A DNA stretch of 63,194 nt, the filler included, from Octopus bimaculoides (lineage: Eukaryota), in assembly GCF_001194135.2 (NCBI RefSeq). It is 5 parts of 5 records of this genome, joined end to end, with 100 filler letters (N's around TTAATTAATTAA, not from the genome) between each part and the next. Parts side by side here need not be neighbours in the genome. Positions count along the whole stretch, not along the records: positions 31,280 to 45,505 come from NC_068992.1; 4 more parts are not named here. One strand, written 5' to 3'. Of the stretch, positions 31,180 through 43,232 are shown in pieces. The notes under the pieces are model-generated. The model was not told the origin of the DNA and did no database searches. It was given only the letters and a program-made list of their open reading frames with translations. The translations under genes were made by a program, and so were the position numbers. Numbering within the stretch: the stretch's first letter is position 1; each line of letters starts with the position of its first letter.

Positions 31180-31279
31180 NNNNNNNNNNNNNNNNNNNNN
31201 NNNNNNNNNNNNNNNNNNNNNNNTTAATTAATTAANNNNNNNNNNNNNNNNNNNNNNNNNNNNNNNNNNNNNNNNNNNN
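31180..31279. other. Artificial scaffold linker 44N-TTAATTAATTAA-44N
   Basis: Exactly 100 nt. An identical block occurs at 45506-45605, 55445-55544 and 60631-60730. Confidence 0.95.
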
Positions 31280-31412
31280 TCGTGGAGAGGAAAGCGTCAA
31301 GTTTTGTCTTGAAGACCTCCGTATCCATGTCTTGCATGTCTCTCAAATGTTTTGGCAGGGTATTGAAGAGTTGAGGTCCTCTGAAACCGAGGCTGCTGCA
31401 GTATCTCGTTCT
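31280..31412 (-). mobile_element. CR1/L2-group LINE ORF2 C-terminal fragment
   Basis: Encodes RTRYCSSLGFRGPQLFNTLPKHLRDMQDMDTEVFKTKLDAFLST. Confidence 0.75.
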
Positions 31413-31470
31413 TATGTGTGTGTGTGTGTGTGTATGTATATATATTTATATATATTTACACACAGACAGA

Positions 31471-31521
<51 letters not shown>

Positions 31522-32293
31522 TATTATATTATATTATATTATATTACATTATATAACTTGCTTAGTTTGCTCTTAGTTTGTCTTGTCTCTCTGCATATAT
31601 TTTTCCAAGTCCGAAAAGACGATACCCATTCCTGTTAGCGTTACTTTCGCTCATACTTTGTCTTAATTCTCTGATACATCCGAAAAGCGTTCCATGTATA
31701 CAAATACGTCTATCGTTTAATGTTTGCATACTTTTTCTTCCCCGTTCTCTCTTTATCGTTTTATATATTATTCCTGTTCTACTATAATTCGTTTATTTAT
31801 CGTTCGGTCTAGAGAAACAGTCTTGTTTTCGTATTTGTCTCATTGTATCTTTCATGTTCGCTTCACCACCACATTGAGCAATATTGTGACTCCAAGTTTA
31901 GGGTATTCGGCGACGATCATCAGTTGCATTCCCGACAGTGATTTATTTCACATTGCTCCAGTTCGTTCAGCTGGAAAAAATTAGTTGTACCTGTAATTCA
32001 AAGGGCCAGCTTTGTCATATTATACACATCATGACTGCTGTCCGATGAAGGCACACCAGGCGCGTTCATCACCACGTGTGCGCGACATGATGACCTCATA
32101 TCAAGATAAACGCTGCATGTCATTATTATTCATTTCGTCCGTCTTTAAGTTCTAAGTTAAAATTCCGCCGAGGTGGACTTTGCCTTTCATCCTTTCGGAG
32201 TCGATAAATTAAATACCAGTGAAACACTAGAGTCGACGTAATCGACTAGTTCCCTCCCTAAAAATTTCAGACCTTGTACCTAAAGTAGAAAGG

Positions 32294-32337
<44 letters not shown>

Positions 32338-32671
32338 NNNNNNNNNNNNNNNNNNNNNNNNNNNNNNNNNNNNNNNNNNNNNNNNNNNNNNNNNNNNNNN
32401 NNNNNNNNNNNNNNNNNNNNNNNNNNNNNNNNNNNNNNNNNNNNNNNNNNNNNNNNNNNNNNNNNNNNNNNNNNNNNNNNNNNNNNNNNNNNNNNNNNNN
32501 NNNNNNNNNNNNNNNNNNNNNNNNNNNNNNNNNNNNNNNNNNNNNNNNNNNNNNNNNNNNNNNNNNNNNNNNNNNNNNNNNNNNNNNNNNNNNNNNNNNN
32601 NNNNNNNNNNNNNNNNNNNNNNNNNNNNNNNNNNNNNNNNNNNNNNNNNNNNNNNNNNNNNNNNNNNNNNN

Positions 32672-32933
32672 TGTATTTTTAAAGTTTTTCCATTTCTTTT
32701 AGAGAAACGTTGTCATCTGCTGGTATTGATACATCAATTAGAAAGCATTTTTTTTTTCTTCATGATCTTTGACAACAATATCTGGTCTATTTGCCTTAAT
32801 TTCTCTATCTGTGTGTATTGGCATATCCCAGAGTATGGTTGCTTTCTCGTTTTCTGTGACCTTTTCTGGCGTGTGTTTATACCATCTTTTTTCTGTTGTT
32901 ACTCCATAGTGTTGGCATAGCTTCCAGTGTATA
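32672..32933 (-). mobile_element. Dong/R4-like RLE endonuclease region; 3' end runs into the gap, which is flanked by (TTA)n
   Basis: Encodes HWKLCQHYGVTTEKRWYKHTPEKVTENEKATILWDMPIHTDREIKANRPDIVVKDHEEKKCFLIDVSIPADDNVSLKEMEKL (RPD...D..IP...KE.EK RLE motif). Confidence 0.9.
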
Positions 32934-32979
32934 TTATTATTATTATTATTATTATTATATTTTTATTAACATTATTGTG

Positions 32980-33550
32980 TAAGGCGGCGAGCTGGCAGAA
33001 TCGTTAGCCAAATAAAGTGTTTAGCGGCATTTCGGCCATCCTTACGTTCTGAGTTCAAATACCACCGAGGTCGACTTTGTCTTTCACCCTTCCGGGGTCG
33101 CTAAAATAAGTACCAGTTATGCACTGGGGTTGATGTAATCGACTTACCTCCTCCCTCAAAATTCCAGGCCTTGTGCCTATAGTGGAAAGGATTATCATAA
33201 TTATTGTTGTTGTGCAATGTGGTCAACTGGAAGAATTGTTAGCACACCGGACAAAATGCATAGCGGCTTTTCATCCGTTTTTACGTTCTGATTTCAAATT
33301 CCGCCGCAATTGACTTTGTCTTTCGTCCGTTCAGGGTTGATATAATAAGTGCCACTGGAGTCGACATAATCGACTTAACCCATCTCCCAAAACCGCTGGC
33401 TTTCTGCCAAAATTTGAAACCAATTTTAAGCATTGCGTTCTTTATCGAGATCGATAAAAGAAGTACCAGTTGAATACTGGAGTCGATGCTAACGATTTAA
33501 CCCTTCCCCGAATTTTCTGGCCTTTTGCCAGAATTTGAAACCATTATTAT
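32980..33550 (+). mobile_element. SINE family 1, about 3 copies
   Basis: aaggcggcgagctggcagaatcgttagc heads. Confidence 0.85.
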
Positions 33551-33677
33551 TGTTGTTGATGATGATGATGATGACGACGACGAGACGGAGGAGCAGGTAG
33601 AGGATATTATTATTATGCCTGTTGTTATTGATATTATTATATGTTCATGACTATGTAAGTAAATATATGTATGTATG

Positions 33678-34065
33678 GTGGAGGCGCAATTGCCCAGTGG
33701 TTACAGCAGCGGACTCGCGGTCATAGGATCGCGGTTTCGATTCCCAGACCGGGAGTTGTGAGTGTTTATTGAACGAAAACACCTAAAGCTCCACGAGGCT
33801 CCGGCAGGGGATGGTGGCGAACCCTGCTGTACTCTTTCACCACAAATTTCTCCCACTCTTACTTCCTGTTTCTGTTGTGCCTGTAATTCAAAGGGTCAGC
33901 CTTGTCACACTGCGTCACGCTGAATATCCATGAGAACTACGTTAAGGGTACACGTGTCTGTGGAGTGCTCAGCCACTTGCACGTTAATTTCACAAGCAGG
34001 CTGTTCCGTTGATCGGATCAACTGGAACCCTCGACGTCGTAAGCGACGGAGTGCCAACAACATAT
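33678..34065 (+). mobile_element. tRNA-derived SINE (family 4), low divergence
   Basis: gtggaggcgcaattgcccagtggtta...ggtttcgattcccagaccggg (A/B boxes). Confidence 0.75.
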
Positions 34066-35900
34066 GTAGATATCTATTTGATCACGCATGCATACCAAAA
34101 TAAGGTGGGTAAAGGGTTAACATATTCTACGCTGGCGTTAACACCAATAATAAATGAAGAGATGTGGACATATCGATATGAGAGCCAGTTTGCTTTGAGT
34201 GAAATGAATGGAACAAAACTTCTCCAGGAGTAAAGGCCGAGGATTTGATTACAGTGACATTAAAGTAATTTCGATAGCGAAAGCAGAGATTCATGCCTTT
34301 TGGAGAATGTGGCTGAGATTACATTTGTGTTAAACTTATCACATAATTGGCTAATCAAGCTGTGTAAGGAAATATTATCTTCAGTGGCAAGTTTGTAATC
34401 ATTAGGCATGACTTTAGAAGTAAATAGATATACTAAAGTTGTAACTTTCAGAGAGAGAGAGAGAGAGAGAGAGTGAGAAAGAACTCTGTAAGAAATATAG
34501 CTATTATATACGTGCGTGTGTTTAAGATGTTAGAATCCTACATATTACAAACCTTCAGGGAATTTCTCGGGATTTCGTAAGTAAATAGATTTTGAAACTT
34601 TTAAAATGGCAACTTGATTATAATTGCAAGATCTATTGAACAAATGCACATATGGGAGTGTCTGATCAGAATTTTAGAATATAGGTTGCAGAATTTAGCT
34701 TTATCTTTCGGAAATTTAGCAAATTTAACTCTTTTAATATAACCTTCATAAAGCTAAGTAGATTTTGCTAATTTATTGTATGGGTAATGAAGTATTTTTA
34801 GATTCATTGCTTCCTTTAAATGAAATTTGGTTTTGCAACAAAGTTTTCGAAGTCTAGTTTTATCTTCCAGTGTTTGAATACACTTTATACGGTCTCATTG
34901 CGCAGCCGCAAGATAATATCTGGAAATGTTAATCAATTATTATGACTTCATTTAGTTGTTCTATAAATGTGTTTAGAAATTTGTGTTCGGCGTAATTTTA
35001 GAATTTGTATAAGATTTAGCCTAACACTCAGATCATAGTAATTGAGAAAGAATGCAATAAAGGTAGTAATTTAGAAGAAAATGCCTACAAGAAAATATGC
35101 CTGCATAAACCTGGTTAAAAACATATTTCAATTGTCACAAACATTGTCTAAACAGTTTTAAGTTTCACTGTCGGGAAATCTTAAGTTTGAAAGCTTTGTA
35201 AAATATGCAATTGTGACTCATCTGATAGCGTCGCCATGCTTGACAAACAAATTGATGGTGAAAAATGTTCACACAATTCTAAACAGATTCACAGACAAAT
35301 AACTGATTTTAATGCCCATCTGACTCTGCATTTTCTCAAGTGGTTTCCTCTAAACTGAAAATGTGTGCGCTCAATCTCACATTTCAATATTCGATCAATC
35401 TCATGTTGGCTGACTTATGCAGGGCCTTATTTTAAATTTTCGTAGATAATTAAATGTACAACATAAGGAACAGTTATTTGTGGTAATGTGATTGATGAGG
35501 AAGTTTTGGAAATCTCAGAACGCAACAATATTACACTGAATAAAAGTACAGATGTACTTACAAAAGCAAGAAATTGCTATAATATTTATTATACATTAAC
35601 AAAAAGACAGGTGACAATGACTTCGAAGTTTCAGTTTTTTTTATCCTTCGTAGGATTGGTTATACCTACATTTTCTAGATATGTAGAATCCCAGGAATTT
35701 TTCCACCCAGATTATAAATAGATTTTACATTATACTCCATAATAAATACATTTTACACTATACGCCATGGTTATCATTGAGAAATTGATAAAATGTCTGC
35801 TCAAATCAATAAATGGCCAGCACTTGCCTTTTATTTTACATCAGTGATATTAGAAATGCTTCTGTTTCCTATCATCACTTGCAATACGAAGAGTATTATA

Positions 35901-37003
35901 TTGGGTTGAGGAATAATTCATGAACATTTTTTTTCAAATTTATTTTAAACAAAGAGCCTATAACAAATCAACCAATAATATTCTCTCCGTTGTTGTTTAC
36001 GACTTCCTCCCAGCGTTCAATAAGTTTTTCGATGCCTTGGCGATAGAAATCTTCCGGTATTGACTCAAAGAATTCGTCCAACCAAGCCTTCAATTCCACG
36101 GCATTATTGAAAGATACACCGCACAATGCATTCGAACGCGGTCGATAAAAGCCCGACGCTGCCAAGTCTGAAGAGCATGGAGAATGAGGCAGCACTTCCC
36201 ATTCGAGATTTGAATCGTGGCTTTGGTCATATTGGCGATGTGAGGGACGGGCGTTGTCGTGTTGCAAAAGAATGCCATTTCACTTATTCGGTCTTTTTTG
36301 CTGAATTGCTTCGTTGTATCGGTGAGTCATTGAACGTAGAGCTCCGCATTCAGTGTTTGGTTGCGCTCAAGCAGTTCGTAATAAATTATGCCTTTCCAGT
36401 CTCACCACACACACAACATGGTCTTTCGAGGATGAAGATCTTGTTTTGCTCGCGGAGTCGCTTGTTTGTCGAGGCTGAGCCATTCTTTTCACTGCTTCAT
36501 ATTGATGTAAAGGCACCATTTTTCACCGCCAATGACAATGCGGTAAAGAAAACGTTGTTTGTGACTATGTGTTGAGCGATGTCGAGCGAGCAAAACAGAC
36601 GGCGAATTGCAGAGTGTCAATTTTTGTTGTATCTCTCAAAGTGTGTGGCGCCCAAGCGCTGAGTTTCTGAACCTTGCTCATTGAGAGAAGGTGCTTCACC
36701 ACAGTTTTTTCACTACATTCCATTTGCACAAATCTCACGAGCAGCTTCGGTGGCCTTAACACCTTAATCAAACGTAAAAGTAAATGGTGTCGAAAATGCT
36801 GTTTTGTCCACTTGACATTCCATTTCAATGATCTGAAAATGCACAAAAATCAGTAAAATAAAAAAATCAAAACATACTAACTTGTAGAACAAAAACTTCT
36901 CTTTTAAATAACATAAAGCATTTTACCAATGCGTTTTATTTCTGCGTGTATTTTTAAATTTGAAAAAAAAAAGAAAACTCCCATGGATTATTCCCCAACC
37001 CAA
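35901..37003 (-). mobile_element. Mariner (DD34D) transposon, near full length, transposase pseudogene
   Basis: TIRs ttgggttgaggaataattcatg / catggattattccccaacccaa, with a TA flank on the left (CA on the right). Motifs GDEKW, QHDNARP and LPHSPCSSDLAASGF, with frameshifts. Confidence 0.93.
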
Positions 37004-37889
37004 CAGAATCGAAACGTAAAAATATAATTTAATTTTTTTAATTTTACTTTTCTACCTGGAAAGGAAACACATTTAAAGTTTCAAGCTGAGAGCCTCAGGA
37101 GTAGAAGACAGTAATAGGCGAGTTACCATAGTATATTTTATTAAAACAAGAATTACACGATGATGAAAGTATATCGTAATTTAACATGAATGATCTTCCA
37201 ATTTACTTGCTACAATGTGATTTATCTCCTGCAACAGGAATCCTATGTAAAATGAAGCAAGTAATTATTGCGACGGTTTTTAACATCTAGTATGTTCATT
37301 AATTTTCTGCTGTCTGATGTTTCAGATCCAGGAAATTTGTTTGAAGGTAACCATATCCAATACCATTGACCGCGAAATTTACTAATATTATTGAGGAAAC
37401 GCAAATAAAGATATCAATAGAGAATGGAAAGAATTAGAACCAGCTAAAGATTTCTATTAATTTTTTAAAGAAAAATATGGAGATAAACTTCATACTATAT
37501 GGAAATTAATGATAAATGAACAAACGTTGCTTAATTCTTCTGGGTAAGCAATATAAAGCCAGCAAATCGTTCCCTTCAAAAACAAAGATGAAGAGGATTG
37601 AGAGGGTAGTGCTGTCCCCTCCCCAGTAAATTTTCTGAAAGGTGGATGAATGTGACGAAGATGACCTGAGTGGTGCTATTCTAAGCTTGTGCCTATTGGA
37701 TGGTGAGAGCAGATGAAGATGTAGTGGCTTTTGAGGTTGGATGATCCAGGATCAGAAGGGTTCCTTGGTTACGCCAGGGTGCTACTCCCCCTACAGGGGA
37801 ATTTCGTTGCTATTGTTTTTATTAATTATTAATATTTGTATTGCTTACATGTGTTTATGTAAATTACCATACACTCCTTTGTCTTTCTA

Positions 37890-38285
37890 TTATCCTAAAT
37901 ATTATTCTGGCCCTTGTGGCAGAGGTCGACTTTGCTTTTCATCCTTTCGGGGTCGATAAAATACGTACCAGTTAAATGTTGGGGAGGGTCGATGTAATCG
38001 ATTTGCACCCTCCCCCAATACTGCTGGCTTTGTGCCAAAATTTGAAACTATTATTATTAGTATTATCTAAGGCTGTGAACTAGCAGAATCGTTAGCACAT
38101 CGTTAGCAGTAGCTTTACGTTCTCAGTTCAAATTCCGCCGATGTCGACTTTACCTTTCATCCTTTCTCGGGGCGATACCATAAATAAATAAATACCAGTT
38201 GAGCACTAGAGTGCATGTAATCGTCTTACCTCCTGCCCTGAAATCGTTGACCTTGTGCCAAAATTTGAAACACTTATTATTATTA
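37890..38285 (+). mobile_element. SINE family 1, two copies
   Basis: Core motif with ATT tails. Confidence 0.8.
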
Positions 38286-38289
38286 ATAA

Positions 38290-39133
38290 GCTAACGAGTA
38301 CAGCCTACCCGGAGCACTGATTATTTGAAGGCGTCAGATACTTGCCATGTCTCACTTCTCCAGCTGGCTGGCAAAGGAGTCAACCAAGACTGCAGAGCTC
38401 TTACTATCCATAAGTTGGGACCGTTCCCTTCGCAGAATATTTGCTGTAGCCCATCTTTTATACCAAGACAAAATAATGTGCATGATAACACTTCCAATCA
38501 GTTAAGATCAGAAGCCATGAGAGCCACTGCATCAGGGCATTTATGGAATTTCAACCATGTTTCGTGGTCTGCTCCCACAACGGCTCCTTTATAGGATCCA
38601 GTTAGCTCAAGACATCATCAGGAGGAACCACGTCCGGTTTCGGACCCTACTCCTCTACCGTTTTGACGTTTTGACGTAGTCTTACCCGCTGCTAGGCTCC
38701 AGCAGGCAGCCCCAGCAAGTTGTCATGTGACACTGTCTAAACTTTAACTGACAATGGAGGGCGCGTAATCTTAGCCCACGCATTCTCTAACCGAGACCGT
38801 CACCTGTCAATCAGCGAAGCCACTTCAGTGTCAGCCTGTCTCACCTAATGATGTTATTTTCCTGCCGGCATGTTATGACTTTCAAGCTATTTTTGGTCTT
38901 CTTGCTTCAGCCATGTATAGAAGCTGGCTTTTTCGACCGCCTCCTGTATTCTCCTTAGTTTTCTCAGTTCCGAGGTTGAAAATGCAAATCTTTTGAATAG
39001 CGTTGTCAGTTTTCTTTCAATGAAGCCCCTAGCCCCCACTGTCAGGTGGTAATACGCGACAGTCCATCACTGTTCTCTGCACTCTTCGATTAGTTTTTCG
39101 TATCTCTTCTCCTTTTGTTTCTCTGCATTGTCG
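38290..39133 (-). mobile_element. 5'-truncated Hero/NeSL-like RLE retrotransposon with about 600-nt 3'UTR
   Basis: 39133-38887 encodes NAEKQKEKRYEKLIEECREQ*WTVAYYHLTVGARGFIERKL...RIQEAVEKASFYTWLKQEDQK* (K..KY..L...C...GW......VG.RGF...E.AS..IW pattern). Confidence 0.72.
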
Positions 39134-39151
39134 ATTATTATTATTATTATT

Positions 39152-39382
39152 GTTCAGTAGTTTTATTTTTATAACGTGCTTTCACTTCACTACCGATCGC
39201 AGCTCTGTGCGCCTTGGGTATGTGCTGTGGTTTGCTGTGGTGCTCTTATGTTTACTATATTGAAATTGTTTTGCGTAGAATGTGTGCAGTACCCAGTAGT
39301 GCAATTTTCTGTATGTTATATATATTTGTAAGTCCTGGTATTTTTGTTATGTATTTGTCTGAATATTTTTTTATTATACCTA
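39152..39382 (-). mobile_element. Dong/R4-like element 3' end with (TAA)n tail
   Basis: Encodes YITKIPGLTNIYNIQKIALLGTAHILRKTISI*, then a 3'UTR ending aataaaactactgaac(aat)n. Confidence 0.87.
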
Positions 39383-40071
39383 NNNNNNNNNNNNNNNNNN
39401 NNNNNNNNNNNNNNNNNNNNNNNNNNNNNNNNNNNNNNNNNNNNNNNNNNNNNNNNNNNNNNNNNNNNNNNNNNNNNNNNNNNNNNNNNNNNNNNNNNNN
39501 NNNNNNNNNNNNNNNNNNNNNNNNNNNNNNNNNNNNNNNNNNNNNNNNNNNNNNNNNNNNNNNNNNNNNNNNNNNNNNNNNNNNNNNNNNNNNNNNNNNN
39601 NNNNNNNNNNNNNNNNNNNNNNNNNNNNNNNNNNNNNNNNNNNNNNNNNNNNNNNNNNNNNNNNNNNNNNNNNNNNNNNNNNNNNNNNNNNNNNNNNNNN
39701 NNNNNNNNNNNNNNNNNNNNNNNNNNNNNNNNNNNNNNNNNNNNNNNNNNNNNNNNNNNNNNNNNNNNNNNNNNNNNNNNNNNNNNNNNNNNNNNNNNNN
39801 NNNNNNNNNNNNNNNNNNNNNNNNNNNNNNNNNNNNNNNNNNNNNNNNNNNNNNNNNNNNNNNNNNNNNNNNNNNNNNNNNNNNNNNNNNNNNNNNNNNN
39901 NNNNNNNNNNNNNNNNNNNNNNNNNNNNNNNNNNNNNNNNNNNNNNNNNNNNNNNNNNNNNNNNNNNNNNNNNNNNNNNNNNNNNNNNNNNNNNNNNNNN
40001 NNNNNNNNNNNNNNNNNNNNNNNNNNNNNNNNNNNNNNNNNNNNNNNNNNNNNNNNNNNNNNNNNNNNNNN

Positions 40072-40133
<62 letters not shown>

Positions 40134-40654
40134 GTGTGTAAATACACATATGTAAATATATATAGATATAGATAGTGACCAATATCATTTTATGCTGAAA
40201 ATCCCAGCAGCTAATATATCTATTATATTACAATATTTAACTAAATCATAATAATCATGGCTTTTGATCTAAACTGATTGAAAGTGTTATCATGGTCATT
40301 GTTTGGTTTTGGTATTAAAAAAATGGGCTAGAGCAAATATTCTGCTCAATACCACAGATTTACTTGTCAGTTGTTTGACCATAACCATTTGAGCATGTCC
40401 CTTGGTGGCTGACGATATGTGCATCTCTAATCACGAGCAGAAATAATGGCGGGTACCATAGCCATATGTTGAGAGGAATTCTTTGGGATTTGAATAATTC
40501 TCCTCTGGAAACATGAGTGTTTGTTCATCATTTTTAAACAAGCCTTATTCAGGGACTTTTTGAGCGGTATGGGCTACTCGACCTGAAGAAAGTTCTAACC
40601 GGGCCCCACCTGCAAGGTAATGCGCAGTTAATCTTGATATGAGATCACCATGTT

Positions 40655-40990
40655 GCACACATGTGAGTTTCTCGCCAAAAACAACATGGTATCGCTTCCG
40701 TACCTGCCCTATTCACCAGATTTAGCACATGCAAACTTCCATTCCTTCCTCAAGATGAAAATGCAGCTCCAAGGTAGCTTTTTAACACCGTTGTCGAACA
40801 CCAGAAAGTCCTCGACTCGCTTACGAAAAACGACTTCCAGGACGGATTCCAAAAGTGACAGGAAAGCTGGGACTGATGTATTGCTGCGCAAGGTAACTAT
40901 TTCGAAGGAGAAGATGCTAAAACTTAGGTAAAGTATTTACTTTTTATTAATCGTAACTAATCCGGGGACTTGTTGACACTACCTCGTCCG
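40655..40990 (+). mobile_element. Mariner transposase 3' fragment
   Basis: Encodes EFLAKNNMVSLPYLPYSPDLAHANF, and downstream DFQDGFQK...AAQGNYFEG. Confidence 0.85.
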
Positions 40991-41209
40991 CGTAAAGTGA
41001 TTACGGATGGTAAACATTTATTTATTTATGTGCGACAATAGCAAGAGAGAGAAATGTAATGAAATAATATGAACGAGAGGCAGCGAGCAGAATATCAGGA
41101 AAACCCTCCCACGAAGGGATATGAGTTCAATGCGAACAGCTGAACGGTGAGAAATGTTCAAACAAGAATATGCAGCCACAAACGAACTGGTGCCCTTGTG
41201 ATATTGCAT

Positions 41210-41449
41210 GAGACTCTTTTACTCTTTTTTACTCTTTTGCCTGTTTCAGTCATTTGACTGTGGCCATGCTAGAGCTCCGCCTTTAGTCGAGCAAATCGAC
41301 CCCAGGATTTATTCTTTGTAAGCCTAGTACTTATTCTATCATTCTCTTTTGCCGAACCGCTAAGTTACGGGGACGTAAACACACCAGCATCGTTTGTCAA
41401 GCGATGTTGGGGGACAAACATAGACACACAAACATATACACACACATAC

Positions 41450-41482
<33 letters not shown>
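41210..41482 (-). mobile_element. CORE-type SINE family 2, 3' half running into a TA tract and gap
   Basis: Reverse complement of the family 2 tail. Confidence 0.85.
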
Positions 41483-41584
41483 NNNNNNNNNNNNNNNNNN
41501 NNNNNNNNNNNNNNNNNNNNNNNNNNNNNNNNNNNNNNNNNNNNNNNNNNNNNNNNNNNNNNNNNNNNNNNNNNNNNNNNNNNN

Positions 41585-42195
41585 AATATATAACATTTAT
41601 AAATAGAAGGTCTTACAGATGTTTCCAGGATATTTATTATATCCCTTCATCGGAGACGGTGTGAGAGGATGGTTAAATAATAGTTAGTTTAGTTAAGATA
41701 GGAAATAGAGAGTGAATGTAGGGATATTGTATTTGTAAATCCATTGTTTAAGCAGAATAGTATGCATATAAGATTTCAATACCCTGTGAGTAAAATCCAA
41801 CAGTCTTTGAAATTGGTCATTCCAAATACAGAGTTTATACACAGTGTTATTGAGTCCAGGGTTATGTTTAAAGTGACCTAAAAGCAGGGAATGTATTAAT
41901 AGGGTCAAATCAAAAACTGGAGGCGAGGAATAAAGAAGAGGAAGAAAAGAAGGTGTGGAGAAATAGAAGAAAATGGAAGAAGAAAATAATTAAAGGAATA
42001 CAAAAATAGAGATAAGGGAAAGTGTACCAGAATGGTCAGTGAATATAAAAAGAAGGTAGGAACGGGGGGATAAGGGTGAAAGAGAGAGAAAGATATTAGA
42101 GTGTAGAAAGATAGAAGGAATATAGATAGATGAAGGGATATAATAAATATCCTGGAAACAGCTGTACGACCTTCTATTTATAAATGTTCTATATT
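41585..42195. repeat. 67-bp inverted repeat pair (41585-41651 / 42129-42195), possibly Penelope-related termini
   Basis: gatgaagggatataataaatatcctggaaaca...ccttctatttataaatgtt, about 3 mismatches between the arms. Confidence 0.8.
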
Positions 42196-42395
42196 ATACA
42201 CAGCCTTGTTCTTTTTTTCATCTCATTACGAAAAATAAATCCTTATATTCACATGCTAATATATGACCTACGTTGGACCCCTTATTTGCATAATCACCGA
42301 ATCTGGAACCTAACTGTGATCTATCCATAGCACTTACTCAGCATTACCTGAAACCTCTAGGTCTAACTGACACCACTATCGCTTATAACCGATAT

Positions 42396-42434
<39 letters not shown>

Positions 42435-42689
42435 ATGTGGTTCGGAAGCGAGCTACTTACCACACAGCCACTCCTACGCCTTTAAGATCTTTTCATTTTC
42501 TTAATTAACTTAATTATTTCTCTACTGCAGTGAACGTAAAAATTGTTAATACAAAAGAGAAGTTTATAAATGTTCAAAATAAAATAAAGGAAAATATAAT
42601 TTTCATGGGTCTCACCAGGTATAATAACAATGTAACGCTCCCCTCCTGAAAATACTGTCTCCTAGAAAAACAAAATCTATATCGGGTCA

Positions 42690-42717
42690 GTATTAAACAT
42701 GGCAACATAAAGTGGAG

Positions 42718-42795
<78 letters not shown>

Positions 42796-42925
42796 ACGTG
42801 CCTACTTGCGTACGTTCGCACATACATATGCACCATACACAAGCACACACACATACACATAACATGCACACGCACATGCATAAACTTACATACAAACATA
42901 CACACACACACACACACACATATTA
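42690..42925. repeat. (GT)n followed by a CA-rich compound microsatellite
   Basis: Seen directly. Confidence 0.9.
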
Positions 42926-43232
42926 TTCTTTTATTCTTTTACCTGTTTCAATCATTTGACTGCGGCTTTGCTGGAGCACCGCCTTAAAGGGTTTTAGTAG
43001 AAGAAATCGAGCCCCATGGCTTATTCTTTGTAAGCCTAGTACTTATTCTATCGATTTCTTTCACCGAGTCGTTAAGTTACGGGGACGTAAACACACCAAC
43101 ACCAGTTGTCAAGGATGATGAGAGGCCAAACACAGACACAAAGATACACACAAACTGAAAGAAGCCCGTCGTATATATATATATATGACGCGTTTCTTTT
43201 AGTTTCCGTCTACTAAATTCACTCACAAGGCT
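42925..43232 (-). mobile_element. CORE-type SINE family 2
   Basis: Reverse-oriented tail and body. Confidence 0.8.
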
